Positions 13,501 to 28,100 of a stretch of 64,000 nucleotides of DNA are shown here, one piece after another. This DNA comes from Balanoglossus misakiensis. Taxonomy: Eukaryota; Animalia; Hemichordata. The stretch lies in assembly GCA_040954595.2 (NCBI GenBank), contig CM082594.2, positions 5,317,319 through 5,381,318 on the forward strand, read 5' to 3'. The notes below the pieces were generated by a model. It searched no databases and was not told where the DNA came from. It was given only the letters and a program-made list of their open reading frames with translations. Every line of letters begins with the position of its first letter. The first letter of the stretch is position 1. A program made the translations under genes and the position numbers.

Positions 13501-16500
13501 TGACATTTCGCGATTCACCCGGCAACGACTACGACCCAGAAGTCATTAAAACACATTTCGACCACAAAACATTTTCGAAGCGATTGAATTTGTCAAAATA
13601 CGACGACGAGGAACGGTCGATCCGTACTGACAGTTCTCTAAGGAGATTAAGTTTCAAAAATTTTCCCCAGGAAAATGTCTGCCATTTGCATTTTGGCGGG
13701 AAAAGAAACGAAAGGGGCTGGTGGTTAGACGTAGTCAATAAAAATCGAGGAGAGCCTATTTGATTCACTTGATAAATTTATTATACAGGAGGTAATTTGC
13801 GCGAGGGATATATCGAGTGAAAAATTAATAGGTCTCTGGAGATTTCCACCCGACTGGCTCTGATATTTGAATTCTCTGCACAGTACTTTAAACTGAAAGC
13901 CCGCGCCCAAACTATATTAACACTCATCCAATATTGGAAATTTGATGAATACAGTCAGGTGTGAGAGCGGGACTTACACGTCGCCGCCGCTTTGAATAGA
14001 AATAAAGGTTCCATATAGTGCAACGTTTTTCAGTCGATAACACGGCAATGAATTTTAAATAACATTTAACGCAGAGATATTAATCGGCTCATGATTTTGA
14101 TGTAGCAATCGTACGGTTATATTATGCCGACTATAACATCAGATTCCATCACAGATGGCTTATTTAATAATAATTGAATAATGTTTTTATGACTTATCAA
14201 TTAGGAGACAATTACAGATATTTTGAATTAATTTGTAGATTCCTCTATTCTAGCTACAAACCCCGTTAAAATCTCTAACCACTGACATCGTTCAGAAAAA
14301 AATAGGACATCAAAAATAATCGTGTCACAGCCGATATTAATATATAAACAGTCACGGTATCTTGACGAATCGCAAGCTGCTTGTTTTTCCCCAGATTGTT
14401 CGTATTTGCTTGACCCTTTTAGATGTTGGCACTCATCGTTTGACCCGCGATGGGTGTTCGTTTATATTACGTTGGCATTGGAATCTGACTGCAACACCGC
14501 CATATTTTATTCAATCCAGACATTGTAGACGTTAAAAAAATACAAGTCGAATTCTAACTCAATATATATTGACGCGGATATACGTGTCAGGCGAAGTCAA
14601 TTTGGCTGAGGTCGTAATTAAATAAAATTATTGGACCATCAGAAGATGGACGCACAAGAAAAAAAAACATATTCTGAAATAATGCCAGGTCACTTTGTCG
14701 AGATCACAATTGCAGGCCGAAACGACGAGTTTCACTAAGCAGAATCTCAGTTGAGATGTTCATCCACAAAACTGAACCAGAGGTAAATTTTTGGCAAAAA
14801 AAATATTGTACATATACACCCACTCAGCATAATTTGCTGCAAGTACTTTTCACAAAAAAATCACTTGGAAAAGATAGCGAAACCATAAAAATCACTTGCA
14901 AAAATAGCGAAGATATTATAGTGCAACGAGCAATACTATAAGCTTAAACGAGAAAACTGTCGTATTACGGAGCATTTTAGTCGCCGCTTAACCGAGAAAA
15001 CCGCAATCGATATTATCAAAATCACTTGGGTTACTAATCAGATTTACTTTACTTTTTTTCAATTGACAAATCTATATGATAACATCTTGTTTCACACAGT
15101 TTACATGTTGATTAGTAGACAATTCAGAATTATGACCTCATGAGGTCCAGAACGACGAATCTCGAGAAAAGGGAGAGAGTGAGTTATAGTTTCGGCGGAA
15201 AACGTGTGCGATATTTGGACGGAAGATTGACTTATTAATGAGATGCACAAGTTAGCTGTAACCTATGCAACACATAGAGTGTTAAAAATTAGGTCATCGT
15301 CACCTCAGTCCTCATTAATTACGATATCAAAAGTGAAAATATGGCGTTTACTTCAAAGTAAACAATGGCCGTTTATTTTTGGAAATTCTGATATCTTTGT
15401 GCTACGAACCTTCCACTGCAAAACAACACATTTATGAAAACTTCCAATGAGTTAATCTCGATATAGATACCCGGCATAAATTCCCCAACTACAGTCTTCG
15501 ATTAAAACACCACATTTGAACACAACAAGTGAATAATGCAAAACAACCCGTCACTTTATGTCGCCACCGACGAATGCCACGTATATCATCATTTAACGCG
15601 ATGTTATCGCATCTTGATCATGTAACCTATAGCATCTGTTTCTTCTTTATTCCAATAGCCGTAATTTCATCAGCAAATTTGTCGTGTTCAGCAAGTCGTT
15701 GAGTATTACCCAGGGGATGGCACTGAGACGAAACCTCGCACAGAGATCTAGTGCAGATGTGTTATTCTAGTTTGATCGTGAGATGCGCGGGTTATGTTCA
15801 ATCTTTTGTGTACAGCGGAACCTGGCCTATCCAACATTTTGTACGAACCTTCACGACTGGCTGGAATTTTCTGAGATTCATTTCACGCGACCTATATTCT
15901 CAGAATTTGGTAGTGGTCGTATTTTACGTGTTTCTGCACAGTTTCAGAATCGCTGCCGTGTGTAAAACATATTGTAAGTAAACCACACGCGTTACTGCCG
16001 AGAATTGTTCTAACAAACCAAAATCGCAACTTCTAAAACTGACGAATATTTTAGCCCGAAACGCAATGACTACACACATAACGTCAACTGTCTATACGGG
16101 GAAATTCTCAATGCTTAATTTAAAAAAAAAAAAAAAAACAAGATATGTCTTTCTTTCGTTTTATTCAGTTGTACACACTAATCTACTCAATTTTTAATGT
16201 GGTCATGGGCGAACAAGATTTTAAAGACTTTCATTTTTGTAGGACAAAATCACCGTTCGCAGGCCGGGGGGTACATTAGTTGCCTAAAAAAGTGACTATG
16301 GATGTTCACTGCCGACCCGATTCGTCAGTTTGCCGACATGTTGAGTATCTGAGGCTGGAGACAGCTACCCTCCATTCTCTCTCGAAAATACATCTCCATA
16401 TCATTCACAAAACCTTTTGTAATTTAGCTTAAACAGGGATCGCACAAGTTACGTTTACGCAGTACAATTCAACGGAAGCCGAAGGCCCACTGAGCGCACT

Positions 16501-18133
16501 ATATGTCGTTTCGGCGCTATTTTCGGGAAAATTACCCTTAATAAGCCAACTAAACGCTGAGAGAAAATTGCCCAGAGAGAGAATTTACCTCCACTAAAGC
16601 ACTCTCTCCATCTCGCTTTTCTCTGTCTCTCTAGTCAACTCGCGACTCAAAGGATCTCAATGAACCTATCAAAAATCATAAAAAAGTGGACCTGTCTCCC
16701 CCAGAATCTAATATTTCAAAAAATCGTTTCAGGCGCTCCTTTGTATGGAGCACGGCGGGCGAATTCGCCCTGTACAAAAAACTATCAAAACACGGGCATT
16801 CATTTTGAAGGCCTTGGATGCGTTACCTAGCAACAAACAAATTACAGCTCGGCGAAAATGTGAATGTTTCATCCACGATCTCTTTGTGGACTACCACCGT
16901 GCGATGGAAATTGTTGTATCACTATTCACCGCTCGGTTATGGTAGTTTTGTCATAACTTTTTGATTGCTGTAAACTCCGAGAACTGTTTGGATAGGAGAT
17001 TTTTGCGTTTTTATGTCGGTTTTGGCTCTCTTTAGACCAAAGGGAGGCAAATCAAGTGATTTCACGTGAAAAGAAAATGGGGGAAAGTCTAGAATTGATC
17101 TGGAAATAACTGTCGTGTTTTACGTATTCTCAATACGACCAACGGCGCATTACAAACTTGCATGTCCAGCTTATTTTTATCGTCTGCCTGGCGTGTTGTC
17201 TAAGACGACCGGAGACAGGCCTAAATGAAAACCCACTTCTAAGAAGATCTACGCTTATTTTTATTTGCACATTATTCAGATTCATGTATTTGATATTATA
17301 GGGACAACTTTATGAGGAGATATACTAGAACTTCGATATTAACTTGCACTAAATTGTTTAACATTTGAAATGGATTATATTGAATAAATATTTACAAATA
17401 AAATGTTATTGTACAAATGCGCGCACGATTTACACTTGAATTCGAGTTGATGACCTGTAGTTTTCTGCGGAGTGATATATTTACCCAGTGGCTGGATAGC
17501 TGGTTTACCTGGGTCTTCCTTTCACTGCATATAAGGAAAGCCCGGGCCTGGCCACACGATTGCCTGGCAAATCGTACGGTGTCAGTCATAGGCTTGGTTT
17601 GACAGAACGATATCATACACTTGTCGAATCAAACACTGATCTTCGCGTGTTAAAATACACTAAAGGTGACACGAACGAGAAATCAAAATTATTCAACACA
17701 CTCGTCAATTTATCTGAATTGTCACATCTTAAGACGCATCTAGAACAGTATATTCCCTGCCTGATTTCAGACGTCAAGACACGCTCTTGTTTATGCCACG
17801 AATCACCTTTCACAATTTAAGATCGTTTGTGATCGCCGTGTCGTGTTTTGACGACAGGTACAATAGCTTTGAGCAACACTAAATGCAGTTTCTCATCTTT
17901 TATGAAAGCACGTATATTTACAGTCGCGATCATCGGGTCAGCCAAACAGACCCGTGCATAAAAGTCGTTCTCAATGGGACCTATTTATTATTTCGAGACA
18001 TGGTGACAGTTTGAATACTGACATGTAATCACGGTCAGATGATTGCGAATTTGGATTTCTGTACATGTCAGCTTTTTCAAGATTTTTTTTGTATTTGTAT
18101 CAGGGTTGAAACTATTCGGTTTTCATCATGTTG

Positions 18134-18263
<130 letters not shown>

Positions 18264-20659
18264 CATTTTACAGAGTAGACCAAGAAACCGCATTTGATAC
18301 CCAGAACACAAATACTGAGAAAATAGTCCAAAGTTGGGTTTACTGGGGCTTTAAGTAGAAACTCTGACCCTGCCATGGACTAGATATAATTGATTCGTAC
18401 GTTTATAGATACTTCAGACCAGCTAGTTTAAAAGTTTTGTCCCTATTTTCTAGTTATATCATTGATCCAGTAATAAAATGAGTGGTTGCTACGCACTGTC
18501 GTTACATTTATTTTCACTTAACTAACTATCAGATTTTTTACAAGAACAGTGTAAAGTTTAAACGACTTTTATTTTGGTTATTTTAGTTTCTTGTGATAGA
18601 TTGTTTAACCGTTTCAACGCCATAGTCAACTTGTCATTTTTTCACAAAATCAACCTCATAACTTTTGATGCAAAGTTAGAAATAGTATATGATATTCTCA
18701 CGGCATAATCCACCGAGAAGATGTTAGCAGCATAATTGGAGTTGAGAGTAATCCCTAAAACAAAAGTAAATGCACGTGCATATGTTATTTATTATCCCGT
18801 GATTGTCTATTAATCTGTCATTGAATGCTAAATCTGAAAACAAGACTCTCTTGCGTTTTTTTGTTCTTTCTGGGAAATTATCATTCAGTACAGAAAGGTC
18901 GTGAATGGTGAGTGGACTAAAGGGCGACATCGCAGTGGGACGTCTATTTTTGAAATAACGCGATCTAATTAGACCCGGATTAATACAGAAAAAATGCAAC
19001 ATATCATATTGTACCACTTAGCGCAAGGTTTGTTCAAAGGCGACATCCGGGGCCAAAGGTTTCATTAAAGCAATCCGGGAGCTTCAAACCCGGCCACTCT
19101 ATTATCTAACACACCAAAACCGATCCCACCGCCAAACTTAAGTTCGGCCAAGTTTTTGTCAGTCAGTGGACTCCGTTGACATGAGCAGATTTCCCATCGT
19201 GTCAAATTCAGTCATTAGATGTCTATAAGATCGGGACTTTTTTTCCTCGAAAACGAATCTTTTAAAGGGACAAGGTCTCTCTATCGCTGCCCTTTTCCCA
19301 TTAATTATGTTTGATACAAGACACCGTTTATGTTAATCTACATGTGGATATATACTGAATCTATTTTCAACTACGCTTCAACCCTAAATTTGGCGAGTTA
19401 TGCATTCGATGTTATAGGACTGGTTAAACGATTAACAACAACATCCACACCTATATTTATGAGTATGCCGATACTAAAGTAGCTGATTATTCTAAAACAA
19501 CAAAGAGAGTACAACGTTGTTCTACACGACTCATAAAAAAGCAATATAACGATCATCCGAGAATGATAATTTTGCGAGATTGACCGATCACTAATGGATC
19601 AGCTGGTGTGATCAGCAAGAATTGCTTCGGCATGGTGCAGAGAGACTAAAATTGCGCATTTTCGAGAGTGGTGTTTTGACATCAGTCTCTTAAATGATGG
19701 CAGTGGTCAAATGAATTCAAAGCGGAAAAACGGGCAGATTTTAAACGATTGGAGCTGCAGATCCTTTTAGAGACAAAATAATTACACTTATAGACACAGA
19801 TCCTCTCTATCATTTAGCGCTGATGACAAGGGCGGCGTGGATGTCAACAGTACCGCAAGAAGCCTGCGGATCTTGCAGTATACCCGGCATACAGCTCAAA
19901 GTGCGCAGAAATAAAGTCTGTTTGTCGTGGAAACCGCTAAAGTCAATAAAACGAAGCCCCGCAGAATAAAACTACCATTCAATTCATCGCTATGCATATT
20001 AAAGCGACCTAACTGCTGTTCGCGAGTAATAAATCACTTGAACTACCACGGTTCAGTAGTTTGCTGAGATTCTCAATCGTTCAAGTCGAAATTTCAACTG
20101 AACGTCGCCATTCTGACCAGATTAATGATGAAGTAAGACTATTTTAGAATCATGTTTATCTATAGTGCTATTTTCATTTTCCTCCAAACAAAACAACGTC
20201 GTGTTGTCCGAAAAAACAAGAAGTTCCGACATGAGCAGGCGATCATTACACCCCCGCCAAATTATGGTCAAAATGCGTTGAAATGATTATCATCGATAGA
20301 TAATTGGGTACAAAAATACACCATCCACTTGAAATTAAACTTGCATTGTTTCAAGAGATAAATATCAACTAACCTTGGTTTGATACTATTTGACTTCAAG
20401 TAATTTGTAACAATTCCTTCCATTATTAAAGTGTGCTTAATGTCTAAATGCACAGGCATAGAAAACGACTGGTTTTGCACGCCCAGTCCGGCAAAAGACA
20501 CATGTGGGGACAACAGATCAAGACCTTTCCGTAATTAAGACATTGAAAGTAACTGTAGTTCTCAACCAAGAGAATCTCATGATTACATTTGATAGACATG
20601 GATGGCTTAAAGTTATTCCTATCATTTTTGCGTGTAAATTTATATTTCCTTACATAAAA

Positions 20660-20727
20660 GAGTGAGTGAGTGAGTGAGTGAGTGAGTGGGCGAGCGAGCG
20701 AATGAATGAATGAATGAATGAATGAAT
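20660..20727. repeat. Compound (GAGT)n/(GCGA)n/(GAAT)n microsatellite
   Basis: Read directly. Confidence 0.95.
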
Positions 20728-22694
20728 ATTTTGATTCAAACCAAAAATAAACAAATAAGTGAGAAAAAAACCTAAATAAATAGAAAAGTAGAGCTACTCA
20801 ATCCGACGATATTATTTTACCTGTCACATTAACAAGTCGATTTGGTATTTGACTTCGGCACCACAAATTTTATTTATGGCCTATCGACAATGGCCGTGGC
20901 CGGGTAAATCGCATTATATCGGGTTAGAAAATTGATCAGAGAATGATGGTGGCGATTTGAAGTGTTTCGTAAAGAGGCTTTGATAAGTAGAAAATACTTT
21001 GACGAAAACAAGCCGCGTTGTATTACACGCTCTATAAAAGGGGTATAAAATAGCAATAAAGGGCTTTAAATAAGAGCAATTTGTGTCCTATCCGAGATTG
21101 ACCATATGTGTTGCCAGCCCTATACTAAACTTCACGTTGTGTTCGAGATTCGATAAGGTCTATCTCGCGATCAGGCTGCGCGGTCTCACTTCTCCCGCGG
21201 ATCTGAAACAAAGGTCCTTCGTTTAAAACAATCAGATAGTGAACAGAAGGCCGTATTATGGTCGTATTAGTGTTCGCAAGTTTAACTCCTGGACCATCGC
21301 AACTTTAAAAAGGTGTATTTGAGGAGAAAGTTGCTGTAATCTACGGCTGATTGTTCGGGGGGTTGATGCGGATTCATTATAAACGAATATCCCGATGGTC
21401 GGTGCTGTGAGCGGCAGATTTTATACAAGGATATAATAACCATGAAGGGGGCCAGCCATTCATTATCCCAGTCTTATGAAACTGGTAGAAATTTGTACAT
21501 CTGGAGCGAAATCTTAATGCTGCGTTCAACGAGGATCCTTTGCATCGGCCACCGAAAACCTAATGACTATTAATAGGCTTTTCAATTATGTTTTAACGAG
21601 AGCTGGTATGGTAGCCATCGCCCTAACGCCTACTACGTTAGCATGGATTAACGCGAAATCCAGATCCCTGGCAAAGATAAGCCAGTCAAACTTCTGTCGC
21701 GCTTTTTTTAGGCAACTCTCCCTTTCCTCGCACTGATTTCCGTCACAGGGGGAGGGGGAGGGATGACAAGGATCCCAAACGCGGGAGAAACAGGCCCCAA
21801 CTTTGTTATCATTTGCGGTAAACACTCCAGGTGGTGGCGATCGGGAGTTACGGCGAGAAACATGTGAGCGCGGAAAACAACCCGGTAAAAGTGTTGGTCG
21901 AATTCGGCGCGTGTCATACAGTAACACTTTATTCAATGCTATGGAACTATTAGCGAGCGGGATAATGGGTCTCCGCCGAGTAAAAAAAAACTAGTGCTTC
22001 TAGCTTGTATGATACGAGGATTTAAAATCGCCATCTGGGTTGGCAGAAATCGACAAACTCAAAATTTAACAAAACAGACACAAAAAGTAACAGTTATGCA
22101 TATTTTTTCTACAAGTAATGATTTTTTTTAACGCTTTAAGTCATTTGAACTCTGCATGCAAAGGAAGGTCCTGTCTTTGCCAAGTTATAAGAAATGATTT
22201 TGAAATTTTCCACAGTTTTAAGCCAATCGATATCTCCCTGCTGTTTTCCCACTGAATCGGATTTCAAGGGAAGAATACTATCCCCTTCTTCCTGTTGAAA
22301 GATGGGAAGTATTGTCTGTATTCCTGGCTTTGAACAAGAGGGCACAATTGTAAAGGCTGGCCGTGACACGGATTACGGCCGAAAAAATAGAAATCACAGT
22401 TGGGTGTCGGGAGGAGATTTTTAATCGTCTTTAAAGTACAAGTAGTTGACAGAATGAGCACCTTTTCTTCAAAGCTGGAAGTGATGATGTACAAGATAAT
22501 CCGCATTAAAACATCATCACTATCGATGTCCTTTTCAGGGGTTTCTTAAGGGGCAGTCAAGCTTACTGTTGGCCGCTAACTAAGGGTCATAATCCCGTAA
22601 TTGGTAAGCAAACACGTCGTCCAATCAGGCTTGTTTGCCTCCGTTGTTTACACTTTGTTTTCGTAGCCCGTCCTAAAACAAACAGACCCGAACA

Positions 22695-22752
22695 TACACG
22701 CGCACGCACGCACACACACAGACAGACACACACACATGCCCACACGCACACA
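22695..22752. repeat. Imperfect (CA)n/(CACG)n microsatellite
   Basis: acacgcgcacgcacgcacacacacagacagacacacacacatgcccacacgcacaca. Confidence 0.8.
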
Positions 22753-24827
22753 TCGAGAAAGAAGCTAAAACCCGACTACCCGAATCGCATTTTGGAACTC
22801 AGCGCACGGACAAGTATCTAAAACTGGCCCCCTCCCCCGCCCGAATCTCACAAGAATCGACTTGGGACCGTAACATGCGTTGCACTGAGATAACGCGAAG
22901 ACAATACCGTCCAACCAAACGACATTTAAACAAGTGCTCTGATTGGAAATAAAATTCCAAAACCAGACATCATAAAAGGCAAATATATGAGACGTGGGAA
23001 CAGCTAAAGCGTGCCAGTATAAGAACCTTTCCATATTCCCATCTGCTACCGATTAAAGTTATGGTTTTGCCACTATCGTGACACGAAATATCTTCAACTA
23101 CATAATGTAGGCATCTGTTGGCCGTGCATCCCATCGCACATAGGAGTGTCTCAGCGCCGGATATGTCCCTCCTAAACATAAAAATCCACAATAAATTTAC
23201 CAACTCGTGGAACACTAATGTTCCGCCTGGCTACTTCTCTCGTTTCCCTTTTAAACACAACATTTTGTTGTCCAAGGTGTTAATTACCAGTGTTCCCCCC
23301 ATTGCAGTTTTACAACTCGTATCCCCATTGTAGCCGATTCCAGCGGGCGATCTTATCTTCTCCACGGGGGGACATCTGCTTTAGACGAGTCTACAATCCG
23401 GGGCCCTTTAGGCCATTTCCCCGAACGTGCTTGTTAGGGAGGGCTCGTGTGTGTGTGTGTGCTATTGAAGAAACACGGCGAACAAATTGGCCCTGTGCTC
23501 CCGACCCTGGCCGAACGTGCGGCAGATCTGTTTCTTGTTGTCGTTTCAGACCCATTCTGCTGTAAAAAGTCGACTCAAAACAAGGGAGGGGTAAAACAAA
23601 GAGCACTGCTAATTTGAATTACAGGATGACAAAAGCGATTGTTTTCACTCGGCCGCACATCTCTTTACTTTATACGCCGTAAATGTCAACAAAAAGGGAA
23701 GTTGGTGTCACAGTCTTCCCAAACTGATTTATGCCCGCCATGATGGATGCCGGGACCCATAACACACGCCGGCACCACCACCCCTCCCCCTCGCGATGTC
23801 ACGTGACAATGTCCGGACTTCAACGGCTTCTGAAGACACTTTCCATCCCCCCTCCCCCCAAATCTTCAACGCACCGTCCGGCTGCAGAACTTTGACACGT
23901 TGAATGCGTTAACGTATAACTGTTCTCGTGTGTTAAATGCAATTTCCTACGTATTGTCAACACATATCAACCCAACCTCGCTTAACTGGAGCTCAAATTT
24001 GCCGACTGTGTCAGCTCACTGACTCCCTCTTTTTTCGATTTTCCTGTTTTGTATTGTTCAAGTTCATTGGTCCGTGCTGCGGCCTTTGTCTGATTATGTT
24101 AATTCGCCATGACACTAATAGTTGTGCCGCGGGGGCCTAGCTCCATGTTTCGCTTTTCAAACTCTCCCAACACAATACGGCGGATTCCCGACTAACCATT
24201 CGATTTACCAACCGACGTGTTTTCTTCTTTATTAGCTACCGGCACGTGATCAAAGTCGATACATAAGTTTGTCTTGTACGGGAGGGGGAGTAGGGGGCCC
24301 GAAACAAACAAAACAAAAACTGCTCCTTTCATGTACGTTGGCGCCCGCGTCTAGTTACCGAGCAAATTGGCACGGCTGATTAGCATAAAATATCAATGTA
24401 AAACCATATTCAGATGTTGGCCTTCGTTGAAAATGAGAAAATTCTGAAACAAGTATTAATGATTGACTGAGAAAAGATTTGTACATTAGGTAATCTGCTT
24501 ATCGCTAATAACGATACGACCGGTGTGAATTCGATGTAAATCCTTTCTGAACAGTCCTCAAATCCCATAATTATTAAGTTTGTCTTTTATTTTATACACT
24601 GATCAGGCATGAGATATAATGAGTCGTCATTAGCATCGGTAATACCATCTTGTTTCTTCGCTGTGGCCACGCGAGCATCGTTATTGTTTTATTTATAGCC
24701 AAATGTTTGGTTTACTTTGGTTGCAGGTATTGTATTAAGTTTTAATGAGTATTTTAAGTTAAGTCCCGGGTTCAATTGTATCACCCATCCGTGGACATTG
24801 TATCTCGCCGTCAGCAAAATAAGCGTC

Positions 24828-24945
24828 CACTCACTGACTGACTGACTGACTGACTGACTGGCTGACTCACTCAATCACTCACTCACTCACTCACTCACAC
24901 ACACACACACGATCAGCATACATACATACATACATACATACATGC

Positions 24946-24976
<31 letters not shown>

Positions 24977-25045
24977 CATACATACATACATACATACATA
25001 CATACATACATAGTTACATAGTTACATAGTTACATAGTTACATAG

Positions 25046-25076
<31 letters not shown>

Positions 25077-25191
25077 CATACATACATACATACATACATA
25101 CATACATACATACATACATACATACATACATACATGCATACATACATACATACATACATACATACATACATACATACGTACATGTACATAC
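24828..25191. repeat. Compound microsatellite (ACTG)n-(ACTC)n-(CA)n-(CATA)n with (CATAGTTA)n insert
   Basis: About 360 bp of tetranucleotide arrays read directly. Confidence 0.98.
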
Positions 25192-28100
25192 TTTTACTGT
25201 AATTTCCCTGTTGTCTATATATTTTAGTAATCTATCAATAATTTCCTGTCTGCCTATTCTCTGTATGCCTTTCACATTTATTTGAATCAGATATATTAGT
25301 CGAAAAAATAAAGATTTCATTAAATATGTAACCCGTGTTCACAGTCCGATATTTCCTGATTATTAGTATCACGAGTTTCCAATTCTATATTCAGTCCATG
25401 GTGAGGTTGAAACGAAAAACTGACTAAGTCGAATTGTGTTTCTTTGTTAGCTTAGTGTGTGTTTTTTCCTGTACAAGGTCTTCACCACCCTCCACCCCGC
25501 TTCATCAGCGTAGGACATCTTGGCACGCGCATTTGGCAAAGACAAACGGATCCTGGCTGAGACGGAGTCAAATTAATAGTGAACCCGGGAAGCAATTTAG
25601 ACAGGCAGATCGGGCTGTGTGTTCATTACGGCGATACGTTGCCATTGTGCAATTATTTCTCGCGACTCCGGGGTACGCTTGTAATGCAGGGCAATTTATG
25701 CGACGATTTACCAGTCGAGAGAATAGCTGCAAATTCTGTGACCCGGGGTCATCCTTGTTTAGCCGATAGATGGCAGCGGAGACACTGGATACGCCGTGAT
25801 TACCGTGAACCCATGGATACGGGAGCTCCAGCAAACCGTATCGTTTACGGAAAGTTACAGGCAAACTGCACATAATGACTAAAAAAGATACGTTTTCGCC
25901 GGAAACAAAAACTTTTAAAACCTAGAGTTAACTTGTAACTTGTCTCATTATTTTGAAAGGATGGTATTACCAGCATTCTTCGCCTGACACTCGACTTGTC
26001 CTTAACGATTATAGACAAAAAAACACTGTAGTTTTCGGGTCATTAGATGGAGGATATTCCCGCCATAACTTCATGATTTCATGATTTAATGAACTACGTG
26101 TGCATCAACATGCACTGTAAAATATACCACGAAAATGACCTCGTTCATCAATCTGTCTGATCTTTCATCGTATTTATCGAAAATTTTAACCCTGTCATTT
26201 CGTGGGGGACCTGAAATGAAACTAACGATTTATGTTTTCCAATCGAGGCCAGAAGTAACGGCGCTATTGTTTTCATTGCAAGAAATATTTGGGAAATTCA
26301 TCTTGGCGCATTTCTTGTAAAGGTATTTATTTTTTATTTTCTCAAACCGATTCGGCCTTTCTCGTTATGTCCCTGCATATACTTTGCATATACTACCTAA
26401 AACTCAGTGGTCAGTATATAATCACCGATGCAATCCCAGACAAACAGTTGCAGCAATATTAAGTAAATATATCTTAAGATTGAAAAGTAGAGCAATGGAG
26501 CGCTTAATAAAATTGTACCACTTTTTGCATAATGCAACTTATGACAAATGCCGACCTTAGCTCCCTATCAAAAGTAAATAACATATTGTAATTTAAGTAA
26601 CACCTTGTATAGGCCTAGTTTCATTCGTACAACGTAAACCTGCACTATCAATATTTTTTTTTAATTAACATATTCGTTTATTTGGGACTTCACACTTGTC
26701 AATATAGTACAGGATATCAAATGAATACATATAATTACTTTTGTCTTAATTACTGAGAAGATCGACTGAAATGTATAAAAAGCCTGTATAACATTTTATT
26801 ATGGCCATGTTTGTTTGCTCCTGCGAGAGATCCAAGCACACTCGCTCTCTGCTGGTTTACTGAATGAAGGTAAAATTTGGGGCAACATTAGTCTTTGCAC
26901 AGTGCGTACAGCTGTGATTTATGAAGGGAGTTTTAATATATTATCTTTCTTTCCTTAAGAGCACAAGATTTCTTTTCGACAACCAGGCTTTTTAAACAGT
27001 GTAGAATAAAACTTGAAAGCCCTTCAGGGTTTCAAAAAAGGCTTGCAATTTGACTCCTTATTCATTGTGCTCATAAAAATTGCATAGTCAGTGCTGTCTA
27101 TGTTAAACGATCATTGTGCGCAGGCGAGTGATACCCGTGATTCAAAAACATATGCTTAGTCTCATTGTCGAAACCCCCTTAAAGAGTCTGCCTAGTCAAA
27201 ATTATCGGAAAGAGACACATACGACAAAACTAACTACACCAATATTCCCCTTTTAAAAGGGTCAACAGCTTCCTACAGCGCGCAACAGACGCCATGTTTA
27301 CTTCGTGCAGTAAACCGGCCTCCGCCGCCGCGTGTCGTTAACTCCCACGAAAACGTATAGCTTCCGATTTCAGCCGAGCTTCCAGCGAACACTGAAGCAG
27401 CTGTGATCCCGATTTCCGAAGTCAACCGAAGGTCGATCGCCCTATGGCATAGATAGCACAGATCATAAATACGTATAGGTTTCGGTATTGTGTTTCGTTC
27501 CCGTCACGAGCCATCAAATATTCCGCTGTCTTTAGACTCGAGCATATGGGACTTCACTAATAGACTAGCGAACGAGAGTTTTATACCTTGCAAATGGGGT
27601 ATAGGACAAAACAACTGAGATTTTTTGTGTGAATGATTTATATTTTGACCACAGATGCCGTTTTTCAATGAAAGTAAGTTAGAAAGCTCTAAAATCTACA
27701 CATTTTTGTAAATCACCGGTTTTTGGAACGTATCTGTTATTGTGTTGTTGTGATTGAGCTATCACGTGACCAACAGTTCCGAAACTCTAATAAAATATGT
27801 TTGCCTGTGAAATGACTAGACATTAAGCTAATAGCTGAACATTTAGCTAAAACTAAAAAAATACGAGAAAAGGGCAGATCCGTGAGTTTGATTGTTAAAG
27901 CGATACACGTTTTGTTTTGAAAGGCCAAGGGGGGGGGGGGGGGGATAAATCGTTTTTGCACCACGTGAAATGTTATTTATTTCATCCCGGTTTTCCAGAA
28001 TTGCCGGATGATGGAAGTAATGATCTCATCTCGCTTGCAGAAAAACAAGAAAAGTAACGAAGAACACCGGGGCTTGTGTTGACGTCAGAATGGCGTCATA

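Noticed and set aside
15811-15836. TA-CAGCGGAACCTGGCCTATCCAACA, possible Tc1/mariner MITE end
   Set aside because: No matching inverted end found; too short to support.
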